From NCBI GenBank assembly GCA_002633005.1, contig NMRA01000101.1, forward strand, positions 682,001 through 746,000: a stretch of 64,000 nt of DNA. Direction: 5' to 3'. The position numbers and the translations under genes were made by a program. Shown one piece after another: positions 27,113-37,243 of the stretch (its first letter is position 1; every line of letters begins with the position of its first letter). The stretch comes from Phoronis australis (Eukaryota; Animalia; Phoronida). The notes beneath the pieces are model-generated. The model had not been told where the DNA came from. It worked only from the letters and a program-made list of their open reading frames with translations, and did not search any database.

Positions 27113-27280
27113 TTCAGTAGTTACTCTCATGTCTGTTTAGATTAAACAAAAAATCAAGATTGTTTGGTATAAATTTGACTTCTGAATCTCCCAATGGCCT
27201 TGCGGATCTCGCCATTTGTTCTTTCCCTGATCAACGCCGTTGTGATTGCTTTGATTAGACACTGTCCCAGGATTTTATCC

Positions 27281-27500
27281 AGGGGTGTTCGATAGTGGAC
27301 AGTTTTATCTCCGGACACCATTTAGGGAACCCGGGTTCAAATCCTGGCTTTACTGGCTTACAATCAAGCATTGCACAAAGGTGTCTCCTACTCCCCTGAC
27401 CTCGTTATTACGGTACTAGTGAATGTATGCAAGGCAGTGATTGAGACCCTGGATGTAATGAGAAAGCGATTCCTTGGACTACGCTAGTAAAAGTGGGGTT
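27281..27500 (+). repeat. Probable tRNA-derived SINE
   Basis: B-box in ccgggttcaaatcctggc followed by a non-tRNA body. Confidence 0.4.
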
Positions 27501-28611
27501 TATGAGATTCTTTCATTACAACAGCGTGAAAATGACTGAACATGGGATTAGGATAACCCTCAGGATCTATACATGGAATTGTACTCAAGTCAAACAGGAT
27601 GGCTGTGCCTTCAGAACTTTAATAGTGACACGCTGTACAGTGTGACATTCTGTTGCATCCAAAGGAGAGCTATATTATGGAATGAAACTGGTTCTCTTAA
27701 TCAGGGTCCACCATACACTGCCCTGTGCAATTCGGGATCATGCATGACATAAATCAATTTTGTCAATATTTAATCACAGTGACACACGCCAATAACAAGC
27801 ACCATCGTGACACTATTACCTGTGAAATTTGATGTTTTGCCGCTTTGATTCTTCCGCCTTGGCATTTTTTTAGTTAAATCCTGCACAATATGCACGCATG
27901 ACGACACAGTTTTATCCCCTGCCGATATTGCGAACCACTCTGCTATTCGTAAACCACTTGACTTCAACTCTCCTTAATTTATTCCATTGGCCATTTTGTT
28001 CACATAGGTCATTAACCTGTCGTATGAGATCAGGAGTGTATGTAAAAGAATCCGTTTGAAGTAAAAACTGCACTTGTAAATATAGTCACAAATTATTCAT
28101 TCCGTATCAATCAACTGACGCATGTTGCCTCCAAGAAGGCTATCCCTGTACCTCCAAAAGTATCAAACTCTGTGGTGTCATACATTACTTTATGAAAGAC
28201 CCACGCCTTCCTGTTTTTTCTTTTTTCATTCGCTTGCTGTGCATGCATACATGCATGCGTGCATGTATTCTGACTCATGCTCCTACAAGTGAAATATTTT
28301 TTTCAAAGAAGATGTCTGTCAGGGGTCTGTAACCAGTCTGAAAAAGTTGTATCGATTCCAATGTAATTCCACGCCTCAATGAAACCACACAAAAGACATT
28401 ACTAATAGAAGATAATAGCACAAGTTACTTTTACACATTGTTAACGGAAGTCTGTTTCATAATTTAAATACCTGAATATAGGTGACTGAATCTACAGAGG
28501 TTAATTTTCTCTGAACTTTATAATTGCTGCTGTATATCCGAATATGTAAGCTATATACTATCTACATACATGTTGATGACTAGCACATGCTACGGCGAAA
28601 AACACTTAATA

Positions 28612-29892
28612 CGCGGGTCGTTCAAAAAGTTCTCGGCCTCACCAAGAAAACGGACGCAGGTTATTTTTTTTTCACACTATAATAAAATTTCATGTTTTAT
28701 AACAGTAATGCGTTCATGCTGAATTAGTACGGTCAACTGCCATTGGGTGGCGCTGCTTCAAAAAAGCAGACGGCTACACATTCAGCAGAATGGAGATAAC
28801 GGAGACGAGAGCCGTCATAAAGTATTTGGGTAAAAAAGGTACGAAACCAAAAGATATTCATGAAGTGATGCAAAAAACACTCGGAACAGACTGCCCGAGC
28901 TGCTCCACAGTAAAAGTGTGGCCAGTTTGTTTCAAGAGAGTTAGAGAAAACGTTGAAGATGACCCTCGTCCAGGACGTCCCAAATCGTCGACCTTCAGGG
29001 AAAATGTGCAGAAAATTCATGCAATGGTTCTGAAAGACAGGCGAATGACTGTTCAACATTTGGAAGTGAACACTGTTCGCATCAGCAATGGGTCCGTCTC
29101 TAAAACTTTGAGTGAAGATTTGGGCATGAGTAAGCTGAATGCACGATGGGTGCCAAGAATGTTAACTCGGCATTAGAAATGAGAAGAATGTAAATTTCAA
29201 AGGAACTTCTTGGAAGATTCCAAGCAAATCCAGCCAAATTTTCCAGAAGACTTGTAACCCAGGATGAGACTTGGGTCCACTACTTTGACCCGGAATCAGA
29301 ACAAGAAAGTAGACAATGGAAGCACGTGGGTTTCCCAAGCCCGAGAAAGTTCAAGTTAGGTGCCTCTGCAAGCAAAGTTATGTGTTCTGGGACAGCGAAG
29401 GTATTCTGGTGATTGACTACTTGAAACGAGGACAAACTGTTACTGGGAATTGCATCACTTTTGGAAAAACTCAAAAAGCAATCAATGAAAAGAGACGTGG
29501 GAATTTTCGGGATGGAGTGCTGTTGCTTCAAGACAACGCGCCTGTCCATACTGCCCAAGTTGCGGTGGCTGAAGCAACTAGACGTGACTGAAATTGTTCC
29601 GCACCCCGCCTATTCTCCAGACCTGCCACCGTCTGATTCATATTTGTTTCCACATTTGAAGGCCTACCTGCGTGGACGCCAGTATGTGAGCGATGATGAC
29701 GTCATGAGTGCAGTGGAGAAGTATTTTGAGGGGCTCGAGAAAAGTTTCTTTTACGAAGGCATTGCAAAACTGGAGCGCAGATGGAAGAAATGCATTGATG
29801 TAACGGGAGATTGTATTGAAAAGTAAAAGTCAATATTAGTTGCAACCGCGTTGTTTTCTGGGTGAGGCCGAGAACTTATTGAACGACCCTCG
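28612..29892 (+). mobile_element. Full-length mariner (Tc1/mariner) transposon, decayed
   Basis: ~32-bp TIRs CG(C/A)GGGTCGTTCAA(A/T)AAGTTCTCGGCCTCACC, TA duplication (28610-11, 29893-94), length 1281 bp. Confidence 0.95.
28790..29826 (+). pseudogene. Mariner transposase pseudogene
   Basis: DDPRPGRP, RWVPRML, TQDETWVHYFDPE, LLQDNAPVH, PHPAYSPDLPPSDSYLF. Split over several frames with a stop at 29174-76. Confidence 0.93.
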
Positions 29893-30158
29893 TACAATGT
29901 TTAATGTCATCGGTGTGGCGTAAGGCACGGCGGAGACGAATAGGCACGCGCTCAGTTGACTGAAGTGCCATTAAGGTAAGCACGTAGCTCACGTCAAGTA
30001 AGTCTCAAAGGACACTTGTTGATATAATGGTTGACAATTTGCACCCCTTGAAAGACGCTCTCTGCTTGGTTACTGGCACTTTTGGCACCTGGCTATTCGT
30101 GCAAAACTTGGTTATGAAAGGTTTATCTCGAATGTTGTAACGGATGGTTGTCTTTCAG

Positions 30159-30751
30159 ATACTTGCGAGGGCGAACAACCCTTTGTGTATCAAGCATCTT
30201 GACGTGGAGTACAAACACAATGCTTAGTGCTCACGGCTTCATGCAGCCTCTCAACATCGTTGGCGCAAAGGTCGCATGCCGGCAACTACCCCGTGTACTC
30301 AAGTCTATTGGCTACCACGACTTCGCAGCAATGGATGTGAAATACTATTGTTTCACTAAGAGGGCGGATGTAGCACGACACTATCTATTCTCAGACAAGA
30401 CTTCTTCAGATATTCACGAACCCAAGGATTTAAGAGCGTTTCCTACCAGTGCTTTAACAGCGTATGCGTACGATGTCCCATTACCTGCCCGGTGTTCATG
30501 GGATAACGGATACACACCGGCTCCCGTACCTGAGATAGATAGCCAGTTCCAGGTCAACAACATTGTACTGGAAGTTCGATACCGAATCAAGTGGTCCGGA
30601 ACAAGCATTCACTCGATGGAAGTCGTTATTGTTTTGGGACAGGTCAGCTTTATAAATGCCTTGGCCAAGGGAATCGGACAGAGATTTTCAGTGGTATTTG
30701 ATCACGTGATTGACATCACTAATATTCAGAAGTGGAATGTCGAAAATCCAG
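30159..30751 (+). CDS. TCTN2: Tectonic-2-like exon (593 nt)
   Basis: tttcag acceptor (phase 2), CCA G|gtgatt donor (phase 1). RCSWDNGY..P.P...NNIVLEVRYRIKWSG...QRFSVVF...NPG matches the tectonic core. Confidence 0.9.
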
Positions 30752-31199
30752 GTGATTATTCTGGTCTTGTAAGCATTTGCGTGATTTACTATCCATTCAT
30801 GGAACTTGGCCCTTTATTTTGTAGTAGGGTATTTGGGTGACAAATTGGTTCAAACATGTTTTGTTAAACACCTTGCTTCCGTTGGCCTGCATTGTCTTCA
30901 TTATGTTTCTGCAAGCATGCAGCTGCTTGTTTCGATCGGCAATGATCACGCTCAACAATCGTCGTGTAGTCACCGGCGTGCTCCAATCCGCCGGGAACAT
31001 TTTTCGATAAATTTCTTGGGCTTTGCCGGTTTTGGAAACGGAATAATCTCAAATCCTTCAGTTAAAAGATCGGGATATTTGCTGTCTTATTTACACAAAT
31101 GCTCATGGACATCTTTTAACAATTTTGGCTCGAAATTTACGTAGGATGGCATTTGTCTTGGCCTAAAAATGCCTTAGGAAAATGTCTGCTAGTCATGAC

Positions 31200-31815
31200 G
31201 TTGCCGTGAATTGTCTGGCTTCTGATAATATTTCAGCTCCAGTCTTAAGGTTACTGATAGGAATTTTTCAACAAGACATTTTTGGTCTCTAAGTCATGTT
31301 CCAATATTCTGCAGAAACAAGTGACATTTGGTTTCTAAGTGTTTGTTCTGCAATTTTAAATGAAATTTTAGGCTCTACTAGAAACAGGAGTGTTCAGTAA
31401 ATTTCGAAGAACTACTGTATTTACGGTATTTGTGTAGCTAAATGTGCGTGTTTTCGCGCGCGCGCGTGTGTGTGCGTGCGGGCGTGTTTGAATTTAAATG
31501 TTCATACTGTTTTCTATTGTTTTTATAATAATTCATTTACGCAATCTTTACATGACGCTCTGATATAGTGTTAATTCTATTTCTGAGCTATAAATAATGT
31601 TATTTAGTATTTGTCTATACCCGTGAAATTTAAAAATGAAAATGTTACCTTGTAAAAAAATCCACCCGCTTTTGGCATACTTTATTACTTTTTCCGTCAT
31701 CTTGCCACGCCATCAAAATGTCCTGCTTTTTGACACAGGACGACATTGACATATTATTATATTTTAATGTGATTTCCCACGCGACAAAGCCCTATTTTCC
31801 CGTTCAACTAAAAAG
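31200..31815 (+). repeat. Dispersed repeat with internal (GT/GC)n tract; second copy ~43600-44118
   Basis: Shared blocks acaagacatttt, aagtgacatttggttt, (gt)n, aaaaatgaaaa..ttaccttg and cccgttcaactaaa occur in the same order at both loci. Confidence 0.65.
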
Positions 31816-32164
31816 TTAGTTTCTTCGATTAAACGCTTTAAAAGTTTCAACCAAAGTGGTTTGCGGTCCTATTCCCTGAATGATTTTTTTATTGAGAAGA
31901 ATTGAAATTATTTGACAAAATGCATTTTGCTTGAAAAATTTACTAGACCGTGGCTGTAGAACATGACTTGTAATATGCCTGGAACATCCCGTACTATTGA
32001 ATAATATACATGTACATCTAATCACTCAGGCTAGATCTTCCTTGAATCAACTACTTATTAAATCACTGATCGCATCGCATTCGTCGTCGTATTGAATATG
32101 AAGCTATCGTGTGATGAATTGCGTTTTTCTTTCAGTGCAGTATTGTTTGCTGTGTTTTGTCTAG

Positions 32165-32254
32165 GTTACGTTATTGGTCAACTAGTCCCTAGCGCCATTG
32201 TAAGTGGGAGTGATAGAGTGAGTGGGTCAAATAAACTAAAGATAATGAGGCCAG
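32165..32254 (+). CDS. TCTN2: Tectonic-2-like exon
   Basis: tctag|GT completes NPG-YVIG (tectonic GNPGY..G motif). Donor G|gtaagt; phases 1/1. Confidence 0.88.
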
Positions 32255-32449
32255 GTAAGTTGCAAGTAAAAACTTTGAAATGAGCTTCAAATTTTTTGTT
32301 ATCCTTCAAATTTTCAACAAAAACACCAATCTCTGTCTCTCATTCAGTACATCAAGTTTTAAATATTGTAAATTACATTTCAATTTGAAAAGTCAGGTAA
32401 GAAACCTCCAAACTAAAAAAAGAAAAAGTCGATGCAAACGCTCGGACAG

Positions 32450-33480
32450 GGATATATATGTAGTTGGGAGTGTACGGGGTTGCAGGGTGCCATGTGGTTG
32501 CATTCATCGCATCTGTTCCGCGTCTTTGCAATGGTAAGGCCATTTCCTGGTCAGAAGACACAGAACATAGCTCAGGCTAGCTAGCATAGAGGAGATCCTT
32601 TGGTGAACCAAGTGCAGTGTCGAGATGATAGGCTGCTGAAGACCAGGTGGAATGACAGTGTGGTAATTGTAAAAAACAACATATTCGTTACGGGACAGGT
32701 GGTCGATGAATGACCGGAAGTGATAGAGACATATTGGAAAGTCCATCGTCAGAGAGAGATGGCCCCAGCTCCGGCGGAAGCCAACAAACGAAGTATCGTT
32801 TCATCGCTGCTGGTGGCGTCACGAATCTTGCCCTGTCAGTCGTGCGATGTCGGCCAAAGGTGAAACTGCGTAGGCAGGGAAGTTTTCATCTAGAGCGAAA
32901 GTGGAGTTCTGTAGATCATAGGTTCCTACTAGTGAGGCATTGAGGATGGCACGCTGTTGGACACAGGAATGATGTTACTGTGTAGCATCAGTTTACTAAC
33001 TGCTCAGGTATGGTGACGGGAAATACCAGCAATCGCTCTATGGCGTTCGCTAGATATGTGCACAATGAGAGTCTGTACTGAAGGTTTTCGGTTTCACCTT
33101 CTACAGGCGCAAATTTGGAATACTCTCCAGTGACCGGTCGGAAAGAGTCTAGAACGCCAATACGATATACAGCAACTGTCAAATTTGTACAGGGAAGGAC
33201 GAAGTCTCGTGCTGGCAAAGATAAGTGCCTTGTCTTCTGTGGGGGCATAGTGAGAATTGGCTGCTAATAAGAGTGACTTTCCATACGGTACGGTGCAGAA
33301 AGGTGCTGATGTCGAACATGAGCAATGTTTCTGGAGAAGTCGGAATCCAATGCTGTCGCTCGACGAGACAGTCGCAAGGCATGTCGGTTTGGGTTTAGCA
33401 AAAATCCGCACCCTTTCCTTGGTGGAAAATAAGGTCCTTCTGGTCATTCCACCGCTGTAGTGTATCGGGCTTGAGGAGAT
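32450..33480 (-). mobile_element. Degraded Gypsy pol fragment (RNase H and integrase Zn-binding region)
   Basis: TCLAT..S..SIGFRLLQKHCSC....FC...YAPTEDKAL (RNase H) and VIPPGLQQPIISTLHLVHQ (integrase H2C2 region). Multiple stops. Confidence 0.75.
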
Positions 33481-33699
33481 AGCGGAAAGAGTTGGTTGAG
33501 TTCGTCATAACAAATGCACAAGAGATCTGCTTAAGAACACCGAACCAGGATCTGACATAGATGTTGGTAGTGGTTGTGGGGAAATCATGTATGTATGTGG
33601 TTGTTCAGTTTGCCATTTTGTTTTTAAATACACTGATAATTTTCTATTCTCGAATCTTGTGCATAGCAGATTCGTATCCAGCTAGCTAAAATTGAAAAT

Positions 33700-34750
33700 A
33701 TACTTTCCTTGCATGTGAAACTTGTGTTCATAGACAAGTTAACTCAAAACTTAAAATTGTTGAAATGCCTTCTTAAGAAAGCTCTTAAAATAATTCAACA
33801 CACAAACAAATCAAATGCAAACAAAGTGAATACTTCATTTTTATCGCTGCACATTTCTATAGGTCAACAGGAAAATGACAATTTGCAAGCGTATTCGGTA
33901 ATCATTTCAGCTTTATAAAGAATAAGCACAACTGCACTGTATGGGACTTTAAAACTGAAGAAATATTGCAGTTTCAATAGTTAACGACTAACTTCACTGT
34001 TGATGAAAAATTTATTCGATCATCAAAGTGTAACATTAATGGGCTTTCTACTGACAATAAGACAATCGATGCAGTCACTGAATGTCACTTCCCATAATGT
34101 GTACCAAACTGAAAAGTTTTTACCATTGGTATAAAGCCTTTCTTCTGAAATGAAAAGTTAATGTCACTCAGTGAGAAATGACAGGTATTTATACCAAATG
34201 CTTTTGGTTTTCATTTCACCGGGATCTAGTTTCAATGGCCTATAGAAGCGCTTGTAAAAAAGGCCCAGTTTCGGCACGTGGCTTTCCTTCATGTAACCAC
34301 ATTCATCCTCAATAAAATCCACAATTAGACCCTTGAAGGTACACCTTTGACTCGTTTTGTGCCCAAAAGCTGACCCTGAACTAGACCAGAGTGTCAATAG
34401 GTCTTCTTTAGCTTCAGTCCCTCATGTTTTTTTCCAGGAAAGGAAATAAGCTATTGTCCACACATGACTCATTGCCTATATGAAAGGTCATCCTCACCAA
34501 CGAGGCAGACTTGTGTAGCACTCAGATACATGTATAGTTTCTCTTCTTACACAAGCAATCCAGTGGCACATTGTCTTATGGTAACTTAGTACTGCGATTC
34601 ACATTTCTCCAGAACCACTGACTTGTAGATTGTGCCATGCTGCAAGCCATTTCACCATATGTTTAAAGGGCTCGCAAAATCGAGGCGGCTTATCTATCAC
34701 CACTAGTACACGCGCGCCCTCTAGTTAATGTAAATTTTCCGAATAGCCCC
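33700..34750 (-). mobile_element. Partial inverted copy of the 2794-5686 element
   Basis: Ends ...ttttccgaatagcccc|at. Reverse complement matches ~2794-2900 and ~3605-4535, with an internal deletion. Confidence 0.85.
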
Positions 34751-34931
34751 ATTGTCTCTTTGTAGCTTACACGAAGCTGATAAGCACCTCCAGAAACGTA
34801 TCGTTTGCGGCACATTGTGGGCGCATGTCAGCATTTGTTTCGGAGGGCATTCATGAATAGTATTTTTCATGTTTCAGAAGGTTTTTTATGTACAAGTGTT
34901 GTTAACCTGTCATCGTTGCCGTATTTTATAG

Positions 34932-35049
34932 ATAACTCAGGTTTGTGTGATCAGATAACTTACCAGCCTCTTCAATTTGGTTATCAGCAGCTGTCGGGCT
35001 GTGCCATAAGATTGTCACAAGAATCTCTCGGCGATTGCGCTATGATTCG
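34932..35049 (+). CDS. TCTN2: Tectonic-2-like exon
   Basis: ttatag acceptor, CG|gtgagt donor. DNSGLC.....PLQFG....SGC.IRL.....DC is a typical tectonic motif; phases 1/2. Confidence 0.92.
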
Positions 35050-35239
35050 GTGAGTGAATGAAAGAATGTAGTTTCGGTTTGAGGATGGTTTATTAAACAG
35101 TTCTTAGGTTTTATTGTTCTTGTGATAAATTTCCCGAGGAAAATTTAATGATACCTGCGTGTTCTCTACCACCTAGCGACACGCAGGGAACCAGCGAGGC
35201 TCTCAGTGCCAAGTAAGCAAACGCCGGGATCACTTGTTT

Positions 35240-35735
35240 GTGACTACACAGATCAACAATTCCAATGTGTATAGACATTGCAATACACTGTCATCAAATT
35301 TAAGAGAAAGTCGTTCACCCTCAATGATCAAAACGAGCTTTAAAAAATCACTTCTGCCATGCCAGTACCTTTGCCTCTTACCAAGTTTAAAACTATTCCT
35401 AGAGCTCACGAGATATGTCTCGATAGATTGGGTGCTGGACTTTTAGTTAACTCTGATAAATTTCGACACAACTTCAGAGATGTCTCTCCTTCGTGCAACT
35501 GTGGACAAGTTCAGACTAAAATTCACTTTCTGTTGGACTGTCCAATTAATTTTCAACAACAGGGACTCTTCCAGATCATTGAAAGTAACTCTGATGTGTT
35601 GTCTACACTTAATGAATCGGTAGTCTGCTAGACAAAGCCATTATCATCATTAAAGGTTCAAGTAAATTCAGTGTAGAAACTAATCTTATGGCGTTTCAAT
35701 CTGTCGCATCATTTTTTATAGATTTGGTGTTTTCA
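35240..35735 (+). mobile_element. LINE (CR1/L2-like) ORF2 3' fragment
   Basis: RLG...L.NSDKFRHN...SPSCNCGQVQTKIHFLLDCP is the C-terminal CCHC-type region of CR1/L2-group elements. Confidence 0.7.
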
Positions 35736-36147
35736 CTTATGAATCTTCCTTGAATAAAACCTGTATAAGTGAGTCTTATTAATCAACGAATCAAAATTGA
35801 TTAGACCGGAGTGAAAAACAAATCCCGCGTCATTTTTTTAAGTCTAAGGAAGATTTTATTTCTTGAAATAGCGAACAACTTAAAAATACCATAATCAATT
35901 ACGCTTTTAGGCCTAATGATCTTGTTGTGTCTTATCAAGCATTTCACAAAAAGTATCTGGCTGGCACCATAACACGCTAACAATTGGGAAGCCTAAGCCT
36001 CCATTTCCTCAAAAGATTTCAGGCAGTTAAAAAATTCTCACTTAAAAACGTTGACCAATAGGAGGGCTTTCATGAGGTGCATTGTGCAACTGGAAAGAGA
36101 ACGTCTAATGCTCCGCAACTGGCATCAGACCAGCCTTTTTATTACAG

Positions 36148-36255
36148 CAATTTGGTAGTAGACTTTCTCAAGAAGTTGGTAGTCCCGGAACTTGTCCTGG
36201 CCCGGCACCCCAGCGCAAAGACAGCAGAGTCAAAAGACTGGGCAAAAATACACTT
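36148..36255 (+). CDS. TCTN2: Tectonic-2-like exon
   Basis: ttacag acceptor, TT|gtaagt donor, phases 2/2. Encodes ...LARHPSA......DWAKI (tectonic DW..I). Confidence 0.85.
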
Positions 36256-37243
36256 GTAAGTAAACTTAACCACTGCTTTCAGAAGTTGAAGTTAGGATCA
36301 TGCATCTCCTTCAGAAATTTTGAAAATAGAGTTCTGTGAAATAAGACATTCATAAACAATTCAGTAGCTATTGAAACAGGGTTGCATCGTAATGCTATAA
36401 CGCGTTTCCTGGAATACCCTGCAGGACAGGATCGTATTTGTTATGATATTCCGAGGAGACAAACTAATGATTTGAAATTTAGGACACCACAACGCAGCAA
36501 TGCAATTCTGTGTTTAAAATTGGTTGTCCACTGGTGGACCTAGGCTGTTGTAATTGGGGTAAGAAGGAAAAAATGTCCACACCCTTTAAACAGCATGCAT
36601 TTTGGATCATGTCTGTTGGGGGCATAGCCCCCTCTGAATTCCCCGAGGCGCCTATGTTGTCAATAGGAATAGACCTGTGCAAGGACAATTTGCAAAATTG
36701 CAAATTTAAGATCCTAAGCAATCTCTCTTGAAATTGACCCAAATGATTCGAAATAAACGCGAATGGCAACAGTAGGTTTCGTGATTACTTCTAGATTCAA
36801 ATTGTGAGGACAATTGACCTTATCACGCATACCGTGAGACGCAATGTACACTAAGAAGTGTGTGATGGTGGTCATCCAAAGCATCACCCCATCTAGGAAA
36901 TGTAGATAAACGATATGTAGAATATTAGAAATCACTTCATTTTAGTAGAATATGAAGCAGCCAAAAGTTCCGTTTGTCATAGTTGCGAGTACATTAGCAA
37001 CGTCTGTCGAAAATCCAGCTTACCGAGCGGACGGTGGCTTGCGTGACATTGTCTGGATTCTGGATTGGACGACTGGTATCCACAAATCTATACACTTGGA
37101 TGAGTACTCAGATTTTCGCTATCCGTGGAAAAGTCCACGACGTTTGTTTTTGTCATAAGGTAACACTCCGCGTATACTTAACACGCTGGTGTTGTTGTCA
37201 AAGCCGTCAGTTTTTGTAAGCCTACTACCAAGGAGTGTACTAG

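Larger units (their letters stand above)
10830..27900 (-). pseudogene. P-element/THAP9-like transposase pseudogene, intron-containing, split by nested insertions
   Basis: Collinear minus-strand pieces: MRAYCAGFN*...IKFHR|gt (~27820-27900), FPKDESLRK*WAHAIQR...QHF...AVP (~26475-26680), LTLYFYSPKAYDYLRNKINIPLPHPQTI (~23957-24040), CTLLIDVMAVKQ...GARGNWK (13480-13745), HINFKNKMKVSLAAQNFS (~13040-13100), ENIVTYIAGFVV..C..C (~10990-11065). Many stops and frameshifts; termini not located. Confidence 0.85.
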
